From the human T2T-CHM13v2.0 reference genome, Homo sapiens, in assembly GCF_009914755.1 (NCBI RefSeq), contig NC_060932.1: a DNA stretch of 64,000 bases. One strand, given 5' to 3'. This document shows, in pieces, positions 43,980 to 57,927 of this stretch. Each line of letters starts with the position of its first letter. Within the stretch, counting starts at the first letter, position 1. The notes beneath the pieces are model-generated. The model was not told the DNA's origin. It did not search any database and saw nothing but the letters and a program-made list of their open reading frames with translations. Made by a program: the position numbers and the translations under genes.

Positions 43980-44445
43980 TGAATTGTTTGGGTTCAATTG
44001 CATTCCCCCAAAAATTGTGTTCAAGTCCTAACTTGATATGTTAGGTATGTTCAGTATGTGTGAATATTACTTTACTTGGCAATAGGGTCATTACAGATGT
44101 AATTAAATTAAAATCAGGACATACTGAATTAGGGTGGACTCAAATCTAATAACTAATGTCCTTATAAGAAGAGGAAAAACTGGACACAGATTCACAGAGA
44201 GAATCCATACAACAATGGAAGCAAAGAGTGGAGTCATGCATCTGCCACCAAGAACTGCCAGCAACCACTGGAAAACAGAAAAGGCAAGGAAAGACTTTTC
44301 CCAGGAGGCTTCAGGAGGAGCATGGCCCTGCCAAGACCTTGACTTTGGAGCCACTAGACTCCAGATCTGTGAGAGAACAAATTTCTGCCACTTTAAACCT
44401 CCCAGTTTGCCCTATTTGCTACAGCAGCCTTAGCAAACTAATACA
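43980..44445 (+). mobile_element. MLT1B/C-like MaLR solo LTR
   Basis: AATAGGGTC.TTACAGATGTAATTAA..GTCCTTATAAGAAGAGG..GGAGCATGGCCCTGCC..CAAACTAATACA. Confidence 0.85.
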
Positions 44446-45559
44446 AAAATAGTGACATTTAATGAATGGCATAGGAAAATGTTTATTGGAAAAGTAATTG
44501 AGACTTCAGGAATATGGGATTATATGTTTTTATAGGAAACAGATTAGGGCATTAGAAAATGTTTCTTTAAGGGAACAAGATAAATTAGGCCAAATCAGAC
44601 CACACTTTGACTAAGATAGATAAACAAAGAGATACTTGATATAGGCCTAGTCTCTACATAAAAGTGAAGTGGATATAAATGTGAATAATTAATTTATTAC
44701 ATGACAAAGACGGTAAAAGGAGGGAAAAGAAAAAAAAACTGTTCCATAGACACATGCCTTTTTGATTAAGACTGATAATTCTCAGAGCTTGTCTACCAAG
44801 CAATCTGGCTTAAAGAAAGCACTAATGGATTTTTTCATGTAGAAGTGTATTCATGTTGGAAAAGGTGTTGTAAGCATAGTACTGAATATATTGGAATTTT
44901 TGAAAAACCTATGCAACTGTAATTGCTCAGTGTTTTATGCAGGGCAATGTGTAATTGCTGTCTTTTGTTTATTTTTAGATAAAAGATCTGCAGCTATGGA
45001 ATTCTTCTCCATGACATTTTCACAGAACATACTACTTGTGATTTATATCATGTCCTTACTCAAGGTAATTTTATTTTTTAAGAATACCATAAAATCTATT
45101 TAAGTCACATCCTGTCTCCCAGTGAAATAAAAGACATCTCAGAAGGGATTTCATTGTATCCTTTTGGGTGTGTGTGTTTTGTATTTTTGCATTTTCCCAG
45201 GAAGAAATGGAGACAGTGACTCAGTTAATGCATTATGCTTATCCTCTCATTGCTCCATTCTTGGTTTTGGTGATCATTTGAAATACATGGAGATTGTTTG
45301 CTCAACTCTCTCAGGCTGCTGCTTGTTAAATAACAGCACTTGTCAGCCCTATGTCATTTTTGTAGTACAGTTACAAATAAACAGGACTCCAGGCCTCACC
45401 AGTCAAAGTTACCCTTTGGAAACTAATTTCTCCCTCTTCCCTCTTTACTTCTGCTACCATTGAGAGAGAACGAGAGAGAGAGAGAGAGAGAATATTTTGG
45501 CACTAATAAAATAATGAAAGTTCACTCAGTCTTAATATTTGGATGTGGACCTCTCTCCC

Positions 45560-47560
45560 ATTCCACATCCAGCTACTCCCTGACTCCTGTATCCCAATCT
45601 CTTACAACCATAAATCCGTTCTCCATTTGGAAAATTTTGTCATTTCAAAATGCTATATTGATAGAATTATAGAGTATGTAAACTTTAGAGATTAATTGTT
45701 TCATCCTAGACATTCATGCAAGTTGTTGCATGTATCAATAGTCTGTTCCTTTTCTTTCCTGAGTAGTGTTCTGTGGTATGGGTGTACCACAGTTTCTTTA
45801 ACCATTCATCCGTTGTAGAACATCTGAGCTGCTTCCAGTTTGGGGCAATTATGGATAAAAAAGTTTGCTATGAACAATTATATGTGAACATGTAAAATGC
45901 ATAGGAGTGCAATTGCTGGATTATGGATGATTACATGTTGAATTTTTCAAGAAACTTCCAATTTTAACTTAACATAAAACTATTTGTTTTCTTTCCTCTG
46001 TCTCTCACTCCTTATGATACATTACTTGAACATTTCTTCGGATTCTATCTTGGCTTTTTTATATTGTTTTTTGTGTATTTTTTATAGTGGTTGTTCTGTG
46101 TGTTACTGTATATATGTATGACAAATAATTCCTCTACTGATATCAATATTTTAACACTTTATTTTACCTTTGCCACTTTAAGTACCATTGTCTTGAGTCT
46201 GAGATGATGTTAAACTTTTTGTTTCATTCATAAAATATGATTTATAAAACTCATGAGGAAAAGGATAGACTATTACGTGTAGCTATACTTCTTTTTATTC
46301 CTCCTTCTTTCCTAGTGCTCTAAGGTTCTTTCTCTTATCATTTCCTTTTCATTTTAAGAATTTCCTTTCATCAACCTTTAACAGTAGACCTGCTGGCAAC
46401 ACACTCTTTTTGTTTTCCTTCATCTGAAAAAATATTTATTTTGCCTTAATTTTTGAAGTACACTTTTGTTGAATGTAGAATTGACAGTTGAAAGTTATTT
46501 GCTTTTAGCCTTTTTGTTCTCTGTGCTTTCAGATGAAAGTTCATCATCACTTGAATTGGTGTCCCTATAGGAAATGCATTGTTTCTCTATGGCTGCTTTC
46601 AATATATATTTTTTTTGTCTTCAGTTATTTTTAGAAATTTATTTATGATATGTCTTGGCACAGGTTTCTTTGAGTTTATTCTATTTGAGATCACTCAGCT
46701 TCTTGAATCTGCAAGATTATGTCTTTTGCCCAATTTGGGAAGTTTTTAGCCATTATTTCCTTGAATACTCTTTCAGGTTCACTTTCTCCCATCCTGTGGG
46801 CTTCTAATACAACACATGATGGATCTTTTGATTTTGTCCCACAGGTGTTGGAGGTGCTATTTTTGTTTTCTGTTTGTTTGTTTATTTTACAGTCTGCATT
46901 CTCCCTGTTGTTTGGATTGGGATAAATTTTATTGATATGTCTTTAAATTCACTGATTCTCTCCTTTGTCATATCCACTCTAATATTAAGTCCATTCGGCA
47001 AATTTATTTTTCCATTATTATGTTTTTTGGTTCTTTAATTTCTATTTGGTTCTTTTTATAATTTCTATTCATGACTGGGTTTATTTTTATTTGTTTCAAA
47101 AGAATTTATAATTGATTATAGCAGCATGTATGTGGGCTGCTTTAAAATCCTTTTCGAATAATTCCAAGATCTGACTCATCTCAGTATGAGCCTTACCTTT
47201 TGGTGTTGATTGCCTTTTCTCCTTCAGGTTGATTTTCTTGTATGAGACATGATTTCTTGGTATTTTGTATGTTATGTTAGCCTCTGGATCTTATTTATAT
47301 CTTGTATTTTAGCAGGCAGTCACACCGTTTATGTTGATTACAAGGTCCTGGCCTCCTTTTGTAGACTATGATTTCAAGAGCAGTTCAATTTTCAGACCCT
47401 TTGCTTTGTTATTCTCATCTGCTTTATCTGATGCTACTATCACTCCTGGTGCTGCCTAACAGAGTAGAAGTAGCTTCACCAGTCTGGAATGCTGGGTGTT
47501 TCCAAGTAGGAGAGGGGAATCCCAGACCCATGAGAGCAAGTCAGTTCTCACTTTATTTTA
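45560..47560 (-). mobile_element. Old L1M fragments (3' end at about 45560-45960; ORF1/5' region at about 46000-47560)
   Basis: CCACAGTTTCTTTAACCATTCA, GCAATTGCTGGATT; TTTGGGAAGTTTTTAGCCATTATTTC (reverse of ORF1 IMxxNFPN). Confidence 0.6.
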
Positions 47561-49353
47561 CTAGCCTTTCCAACAATATTTAATGCAGCTGATGATGCCA
47601 TCCTTTAGAAACCCTTTCATAACTTGGCTTCTGAGATAACACTTTCTTTTGTTTTTTCTCACTGCTCACTTCTTTTAGTCTTGTCTGATAACTTTCCTTC
47701 TTCTCTTCAACTTTTAAATATTAAATAGCATTCAGAATCAGGGATCAAAAAATTTACCTTCACTTTATAGGTGATCACCCAAAGGTTAATATTTTTTTTT
47801 CCAATGGTTTGTGGGGAAAGGTGGTGTTTCATTACATGGATAGGTTCTGTAGTGGTGATTTCTAGATTTTGGTGCACCCATCACCCAAGCAGTGTGCACT
47901 ATACCCAATGTGTAGTCTTTTATCCCTCACTCCCTCCCCCACTCCCCCCCAATCCCCAAAGTCCATTATGTCATTCTTATGTCTTTATATCCTCATAGCT
48001 TAGCTTCCACTTATAAGTGAGAACATATGACATCTGGTTTTCCATTCCTGAGTTACTTCACTTAGAATGATGGTCTCCAACTCCATCCAGGTTGCTGCAA
48101 ATGCAACCATATTTTCTTTATCCACTTGTTGGTTGATGAGCAGTTAGGCTGGTTCCATATTTTTGCAATTGTGAATTGTGCTGCTATAAACGTGTGTGCA
48201 AGTGACTTTTCCATATAATGACTTCTTTTCCTCTGGGTGATTACCCAGTAGTGGGGTTGCTAGATCAAATGGTAGTTCTACTTTTACTTCTTTAAGGAGT
48301 CTCCGTACTGATTTTCATAGTGGTTGTACTAGTTTACTTTCCCACCAACAGTGTAAAAGTGTTCCCTTTTCACTACATCCATGCCATCATCTATTATTTT
48401 TTTCATTTTTTAATTATGGCCTTTCTCGCAGGAGTAAGGTGGCATCACATTGTGGATTTGATTTGCATTTCCCTGATAATTAGTGATGTTGAGCATTTTT
48501 TCATGTTTGTGGCCATTTGTATATTTTCTTTTGAGAATTGTCTATTCATGTCCTTAACTCACTTTTTGATGGGATTATTTGGTTTTGGTTTCTTTTTTTG
48601 AGTTCTTTGTATATTCTGGGTATTAGTCCTTGGTCAGATGCATAGTTTGCAAATATTTTCTCCCATTCTGTGATTTGTCTGCTTACTTCGCTGATTATTT
48701 CTTTTGCTGTACAGAAGCTTTTTAGTTTAATTAAGTTCCATCTATTTATCTTCGTTTTTGTTGCATTTGCTTTCGGGTTCTTGGTCATGAAATCTTTGCC
48801 TAAGCCAATGTCTAGAAGATTTTTTTCTGATGTTATCTTCTAAAATTTTTATGGTTTCAGGTCTTAGATTCATCTTGAGTTGATTTTTGTATAAGGTGAA
48901 AGATGGGAGCCAGTTTCATTCTTCTACATGTGGCTTTTCAATTATCCCAGCACCATTTGTTGAATAGGGTGTCATTTCCCCACTTTAGGTTTTGTTTTGA
49001 TTTGTCAAAGATCAGTTGGCTGTAAGTATTTGGCTTTATTTCTGGGTTCTCTATTCTGTTCCATTGGTCTACTTGCCTATTTTTATACCAGTACCATGCT
49101 GTTTTGGTAACTGTAGACTTATGGTATCCTTTGAAGTCAGGTAATGTGATGCCTCCAGATTTGCTATTTTTGCTTAGTCTTACTTTGAATATACAGGCTT
49201 TTTTTTTGGTTCTGTATGAATTTTAGGATTTTTTTTTTCGTTACGTGAAAAAGGATGATGGTATTTTCATAGGAATTACATTGAATTTATAGATTGATGT
49301 TGGCAGTATGGTCATTTTCACAACATTGATTCTACCCATCCATGAGCACGTGA

Positions 49354-49685
<332 letters not shown>

Positions 49686-49740
49686 ATCTATGATTTCTTT
49701 CAGCACTGTTTCACGTCCTTAGTTAGATATAGTTCTAAGT

Positions 49741-49792
49741 ATTTTATTATTTTATTTTATTTTATTTTATTTTATTTTATTTTATTTTATTT
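49741..49792. repeat. (TTTTA)n pentanucleotide repeat
   Basis: About 10 units. Confidence 0.9.
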
Positions 49793-52700
49793 GCAGCTAT
49801 GGTAAAGGCATTGAGTTCTTGATTTGATTCTCAGCTTGCTTCCTGTTGGTGTATAGCAGTGCTACTGATTTGTGTACATTGATTTTGTATCCTGAAACTT
49901 TACTAAATTCATTTATCAGATCTAGGAGCTTTTTGGATGAGTATTTAGGGTTTTCTAAGTATACGATTATATCATTGGTGAACAGGAACAGTTTGACTTC
50001 CTCTTTACAGATTTGGATGTCCTTTATTTATTTCTCTTGTCTGATTGCTCTGGCTAGGACTTCCAGTACTAGGTTGAATAGAAGTGGTGAAAGTGGGCAT
50101 CCTTGTCTTGTTCCAGTTCTCAGGCAAAATGCTTTCAACTCTTTCCCATTCAGTATAATGCTGGCTATGGGATCTTCATAGATGGCTTTTTAACATTAAG
50201 ATATGTCCCTTCTATTGCTGAGGGTTTTAGTTTTAAAGTGATGCTGGATTTTGTCAAATGCTTTTCCTGCATCTGTTGAGATGATCATGTAATTTTTTAT
50301 TTTAATGCTATTTATGTAGTGTATCACATTTATTGACTTGCTTATGTTAAACCATCCCTGCATCCCTGGTATGAAACCCACTTGATCACTGTGGATTATC
50401 TTTTTGATATGCTGTTGGGTTTGGTTAGCTGGTAATTTGTTGAGGATTTTTGCATCTATTTTCATATTGGGCTATGGTTTGTTGTTGTTGTTGTTATGTC
50501 TTTTCCTGGTTTTGATATTAGGGTGATATTGCCTTCATAAAATGATTTAGGGAGGATTTCCTCTTTGACTTTTGGAATATTTTCTATAAGATTGGTAACA
50601 AATCTTCTTTGAATGTCTGATAGAATTCAACTGTGAATCCCTCTGGTCCAGGACTTTTTGTTGGCAATTTTTTTTATTACTGTTTCAATCTTGCTACTTC
50701 TTATTGGTCTATCCAGAGTTTCTATTTCTTCGTGGTTTAATCTAGCAGTGTTGTATCTTTCCAGGAATTTATCCATCTCCTCTAGATTTTCTAGTTTGTG
50801 TGCATAAAGGTATTCATAGCGGTCTTGAATAATCTTTTGTATTTCTGTGGTATGGTTGTAGTATCTCCTGTTTCATTTCTAATTGGCCTTATTTGGATCT
50901 TCTCTCTTCTTTTCTTGGCCAAGCTTATGAATGGTATATTGTTTTTGTTTATGGTTTCAAAGAACCAGCTTTTTGTTTTATTCATCTTTTGTATTTAATT
51001 ATTTCAATTTCATTTAGTTCTGTTCTGATCTTTGTCATTTCTTTTCTTCTGCTAGGTTTGGGTTTGGTTTGTTCTTGTTTCTCTAGTTCCTTGAAGTGTG
51101 AGCTTAGATTGTCTATTTGTGCTCTTTCAGACTTTTTGACATACGCATTTAATGCTATGAACTTCCTCTTAGCACTGTGTTTTGCTGTACCCCAGAGGTT
51201 CTGATAGGTTGTGTCACTATTGTTGTTCAGTTCAAAGAATTTTTAAATTTCCTTCTTGATTTTATTGTTGACTCAAAGATCTTTCAGGAGAAGATTATTT
51301 AATCTTCATATGTTTGTATAGTTTTTGAGGGTTTCTTTTTGGATTTAATTTTCAATTTTATTACACAGTAGTCTGAGAGAATATTTGATATAATTTTGAT
51401 TTTCTTAAATTTATTGAGACTTGTTTTGTGGCTTACTACATGGTCAATCTTGGAGAATGTTTCATGTGCTGATGAAAAGAATGTATATTCTGTAGTTGTT
51501 GTGTAGACTATTCTGTAATACCTGTTAAGTCTAATTGTTCTAGGGTGGAGTTTAAGTCCACTTTTTTTTGTTGACTTTCTGTCTTGATGACCTCTCTAGT
51601 GCTGTCAGTGGAGTATTTAAGTCCCCCACTATTATTGTGTTGCCATCCATCTCATTTCTTAGGTCTGGTAGTAATTGTTTTATAAATTTGGGAATTCCAG
51701 TGTTAGATGCATGTATATTTAGGATTGTGATGTTGTCCTGTTGGACTAATCCTTTCATCATTATATAATATCCCTCCTTGTCTTTTTTAACTGTTGTTGC
51801 CTTAAAGTCTGTTTTGTCTGATAGAATAGCTACTCCTGCTTGCTTTTGGTTTTGATTTACATGGAATATATTTTTTTCATCTTTTTACCTTAAGGTTATG
51901 TGAGTCTTCATGTGTTAGGTGAGTCTCTTGAAGATGACAGATACTTGGTTGGTGGATTTTTATTCATTCTGCAATTCTGCATCTTTTAAGAGGAGCATTT
52001 AGGCCATTTACATTCAATGTTAGTATTGAAATGCGAGGTACTGTTCTAGTCATCATGCTAGATGCTGCCTGAATATGGTTTTTTTTTTCATTGTGTTATT
52101 GTTATATAGATCCTGTGAAATTTATGCTTTAAGGATGTTCTATTTTGGTGTATTTCAAGATTTTGTTTCAAGATTTAGAAATCCTTTTAGCATTTTTTTT
52201 TGTGATGCTGGCTTAGTAGTGGTGAATTCTCTCAGGATTTGTTTGTCTGAAAAGGGTTTTATCTCTTCTTCCTTTATGAAGCTTAATTTCACAGGATACA
52301 AAATTCTTAGCTGATAATTATTTTGTTTAAGGAAGCTGTATTAGTCTGTTTTCATACTGCTGATAAAGACATACTCCAATTAAAAGACACAGACTGGCAA
52401 ATTGGATAAAGAGTCAAGACCCATCAGTGTGCTATATTCAGGAGACCCATCTCACCTGCATAGACACACATAGGCTCAAAATAAAGAGATGGAGGAAGAT
52501 CTACCAAGCAAATGGAAAACAAAAAAAAGCAGGGGTTACAATCCTAGTCTCTGATAAAACAGACTTTAAACCAACAAAGATCAAAAGAGACAAAGAAGGC
52601 CATTACATAATGGTAAAGGGATCAATTCAACAAGAAGTGCTAACTATCCTAAATATATATGCACCTAATACAGGAGCACCCAGATTCATAAAGCAAGTCC

Positions 52701-53341
52701 TGAGAGACCTACAAAGAGACTTAGACTCCCACACAATAATAATGGGAGATTTTAACACCCCACTGCCAACATTAGACAGATCAATGAGACAGAAAGTTAA
52801 CAAGGATATGCAGGAATTGAACTCAGCTCTGCACCAAGCAGACCTAATAGACATCTACAGAACTCTCCACCCCAAATCAACAGAATATACATTATTCTCA
52901 GCACCACATCACACTTATTCCAAAATTGACCACATAGTTGGAAGTAAAGCACTGCTCAGCAAATGTAAAAGAACAGAAATTACAACAAACTGTTTCTCAG
53001 ACCACAGTGCAATCAAACTAGAACTCAGGATTAAGAAACTCACTCAAAACCACTCAACTACATGGAAACTGAACAACCTGCTCCAGAATGACCACTGGGT
53101 ACATAACAAAAAGAAGGCAGAAATAAAGATGTTCTTTGAAACCAATGAGAACAAAGACACAACATACCAGAATATCTGGGAGACATTTAAAGCAGTGTGT
53201 AGATGGAAATTTATAGCACTAAGTGCCCACAAGAGAAAGCAGGAGAGATCTAAATTTCACACTCTTAACATCACAATTAAAAGAACTAGAGAAGCAAGAG
53301 CAAAGACATTCAAAAGCTAGCAGGATACAGGAAATAACTAA

Positions 53342-54372
<1,031 letters not shown>

Positions 54373-54375
54373 TAA

Positions 54376-54849
<474 letters not shown>

Positions 54850-56098
54850 TAAAGTTCACATGGAACCAAAAGAGAGCCTGCATTGCCAAGTCAATCCTAA
54901 GCCAAAAGAACAAAGCTGGAGGCATCACACTACCTGACTTCAAATTATACTACAAGGCTACAGTAACCAAAACAGCATGGTACTGGTACCAAAACAGAGA
55001 TATAGACCAATGGAACAGAATAGAGCCCTCAGAAATAATACCACACATCTACAGCCATCTGTTCTTTGACAAACCTGACAAAAACAAGACATGGGGAAAG
55101 GATTCCCTATTAATAAACGGTGCTGGGAAAACTGGCTAGCCATATGTAGAAAGCTGAAACTGGATCCCTTCCTTACACCTTATACAAAAATCAATTCAAG
55201 ATGGATTAAAGACTTAAATGTTAGACCTAAAACCATAAAAACCCTAGAAGAAAACCTAGGCAATACCATTCAGGACATAGGCATGGGCAAGGACTTCATG
55301 TCTAAAACACCAAAAGCAATGGCAACAAAAGCCAAAACTGACAAATGGGATCTAATTAAACTAAAGAGCTTCTGCACAGCAAAAGAAACTACATCAGAGT
55401 GAACAGGCAACCTACAGAATGGGAGAAAATTTTTACAATCTACCCATCTGAGAAAGGGCTAATATCCAGAATCTACAAAGAACTTAAATTTACAAGAAAA
55501 AATCAAACAACCCCATCAAAAAGTGGGCAAAGAATATGAACAGACACTTCTCAAAAGAAGACATTTATGCAGCCAACAGACACATGAAAAAATGCTCATC
55601 ATCTCTGGTCATCAGAGAAATGCAAATCAAAACCACAATGATATACCATCTCACACCAGTTAGAATGGCGATCATTAAAAAGTCAGGAAACAACAGGTGC
55701 TGGAGAGGATGTGGAGAAATAGGAAAGCTTGTACACTGTTGGTGGGACAGTAAACTAGTTCAACCATTGTGGAAGTCAGTGTGGCCATTCCTCAAGGATC
55801 TAGAACTAGAAATACCGCTTGACCCAGCCATCCCATTACTGGGCATATACCCAAAGGATTATAAACCATGTTGCTATAAAGACACATGCACACACATGTT
55901 TATTGCGGCACTATTGACAATAGCAAAGACTTGGAACCAACCCAAATGTCCATCAGTGATAGACTGGATTAAGAAAATGTGGCAGGGGGGCGGGGAGAGG
56001 CGGGGGAGGCCCCCTCATAGGCAAAGGATTGGGGGGCCGGGCGCGGCCGTGCAGCTCTCGGCAGAGCCGAGCCCAGACGAGGTCCGCCGCTGCCCCGT

Positions 56099-56157
56099 GC
56101 CTCTGCGCCTCCGTGCCTCCGCGCCTCCGCGCCTCCGCGCCTCCGTGCCTCCGCGCC
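56099..56157 (+). repeat. GCCTCCGY 8-mer tandem array (7 units) in the retrocopy 5' UTR
   Basis: gcctctgc gcctccgt gcctccgc gcctccgc gcctccgc gcctccgt gcctccgc gcc. Confidence 0.9.
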
Positions 56158-57611
56158 ACCTCAACTCCCTGGAGGCGGTGAAATGCAAGATCCAGGCCCC
56201 TGCAGTAGCAGGCGGACGAGGCGGAAGACCGCGCAGGGCCTGCAGCGGGAGCTGGACGGCAAGCGCGAGCGGCGCGAGAAAGCTGAAGGTGATGTGGCCG
56301 CCCTCAACCGACGCATCCAGCTCGTTGAGGAGGAGTTGGACAGGGCTCAGGAACGACTGGCCACAGCCCTGCAGAAGCTGGAGGAGGCAGAAAAAGTTGC
56401 AGATGAGAGTGAAAGAGGAATGAAGGTGATAGAAAACCGGGCCATGAAGGATGAGGAGAAGATGGAGATTCAGGAGATGCAGCTCAAAGAGGCCAAGCAC
56501 ATTGCGGAAAAGGCTGACCGCAAATACGAGAAGGTAGCTCGTAAGCTGGTCATCCTGGAGGGTGAGCTGGAGAGGGCAGAGGAGCGTGCAGAGATGCGTG
56601 CGGAGGTGTCCGAACTAAAATGTGGTGACGTGGCAAAGAACTCAAGAATGTTACTAACAATCTGAAATCGCTGGAAGCTGCATCTGAAAAGTATTCTGAA
56701 AAGGAGGACAAATATGAAGAAGAAATTAAACTTCTGTCTGACAAAGTGAAAGAGGCTGAGACCCGTGCTGAATTTGCAGAGAGAACGGTTGCAAAACTGG
56801 AAAAGACAATTGATGACCTGGAAGAGAAACTTGCCCAGGCCAAAGAAGAGAACGTAGGCTTACATCAGACACTGGATCAGACACTAAACGAACTTAACTG
56901 TATATAAGCAAAACAGAAGAGTCTTGTTCCAACAGAAACTCCGGAGCTCCGTCGGTCTTTCTCTTCTCTTTTAAGAAGTTCCTTTTGTTATTGCCATCTT
57001 AGCTTTGCTGGAAATGTCAAGCAAATTATGAATACATGACCAAATATTTTGTATCGAAGAAGCTTTGAGCACCAGTTAAATCTCATTCCTTCCCCTTTTT
57101 TTTTCAAATGGCACCAGCTTTTTTAGCTCTCTTATTTTTTCCTTAAGTTGCATTTATTCCTAAGGTAGGCAGGATATTTCCTAGTTAAGCATACTTTCTT
57201 AAGACGGAGGCCATTTGGTTCCTGGGAGAATAGGCAGCCCCACACTTTGAAGAACACAGACCCCAGTATCTAGTCGTGGATATAATTAAAACACTAAAGA
57301 CCATAACCTTTTGGGTCAACTGTTGGTCAAACTATAGGAGAGACCAGGGACCATCACATGGGTAGGGATTTTCCATCCAGAGCCAATAAAAGGGCTGGTA
57401 GGGGCCAGGGTGGCTATTGTGGGAAGTCATAACCCACAGATAGATTAACTTAAGAATCCTGGCCCTTCTCCACACTCCACCATGCAGAACAAACATCCTC
57501 TCAAGCAGTCAACGTACAACGCTTGGGAAATAGTCATAATTACCCACATATAGTAATTAATAGATGGTAAGTAATAGATCCTTGATGTGATGTTCTTTTG
57601 CATATTTCCCT

Positions 57612-57927
57612 GGCCGGCTTTCACCGGTGGCTTTCGTCTGTAAGGAAAGGTGGCTTTTGCCTGTAATCCCAACACTTTGGGAGGCCAGGACAGATCACTT
57701 GAGGTCAGGAGTTCGAGACCAGCCCAGCCAACATGGCGAAACCATGTCTGTACGAAAAATACAAAAATTATGGTGACTCCTGCCTGTAGTCCCAGCTACT
57801 CAGGAGGCTGAGGCAGAAGGATCGCTTGAACCCAGGAAGTGGAGATTGCAGTGAGCCGAGATCGCACCACTGCACTCCAGCCTGGTCGACAGAGTGAAAC
57901 TCCATCTCAAGAAAAAATAAAAATAAA
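57612..57927 (+). mobile_element. Alu in the retrocopy 3' UTR
   Basis: Alu dimer with internal deletions and a rearranged head; I recall the TPM4 mRNA 3' UTR holding this Alu. Confidence 0.9.

Noticed and set aside
44103-44452. Three overlapping ORFs
   Set aside because: Lie inside an MLT1 LTR
56158-56907. Functional tropomyosin gene
   Set aside because: Intronless with poly(A) and TSD; start codon deleted, nonsense codon and frameshifts
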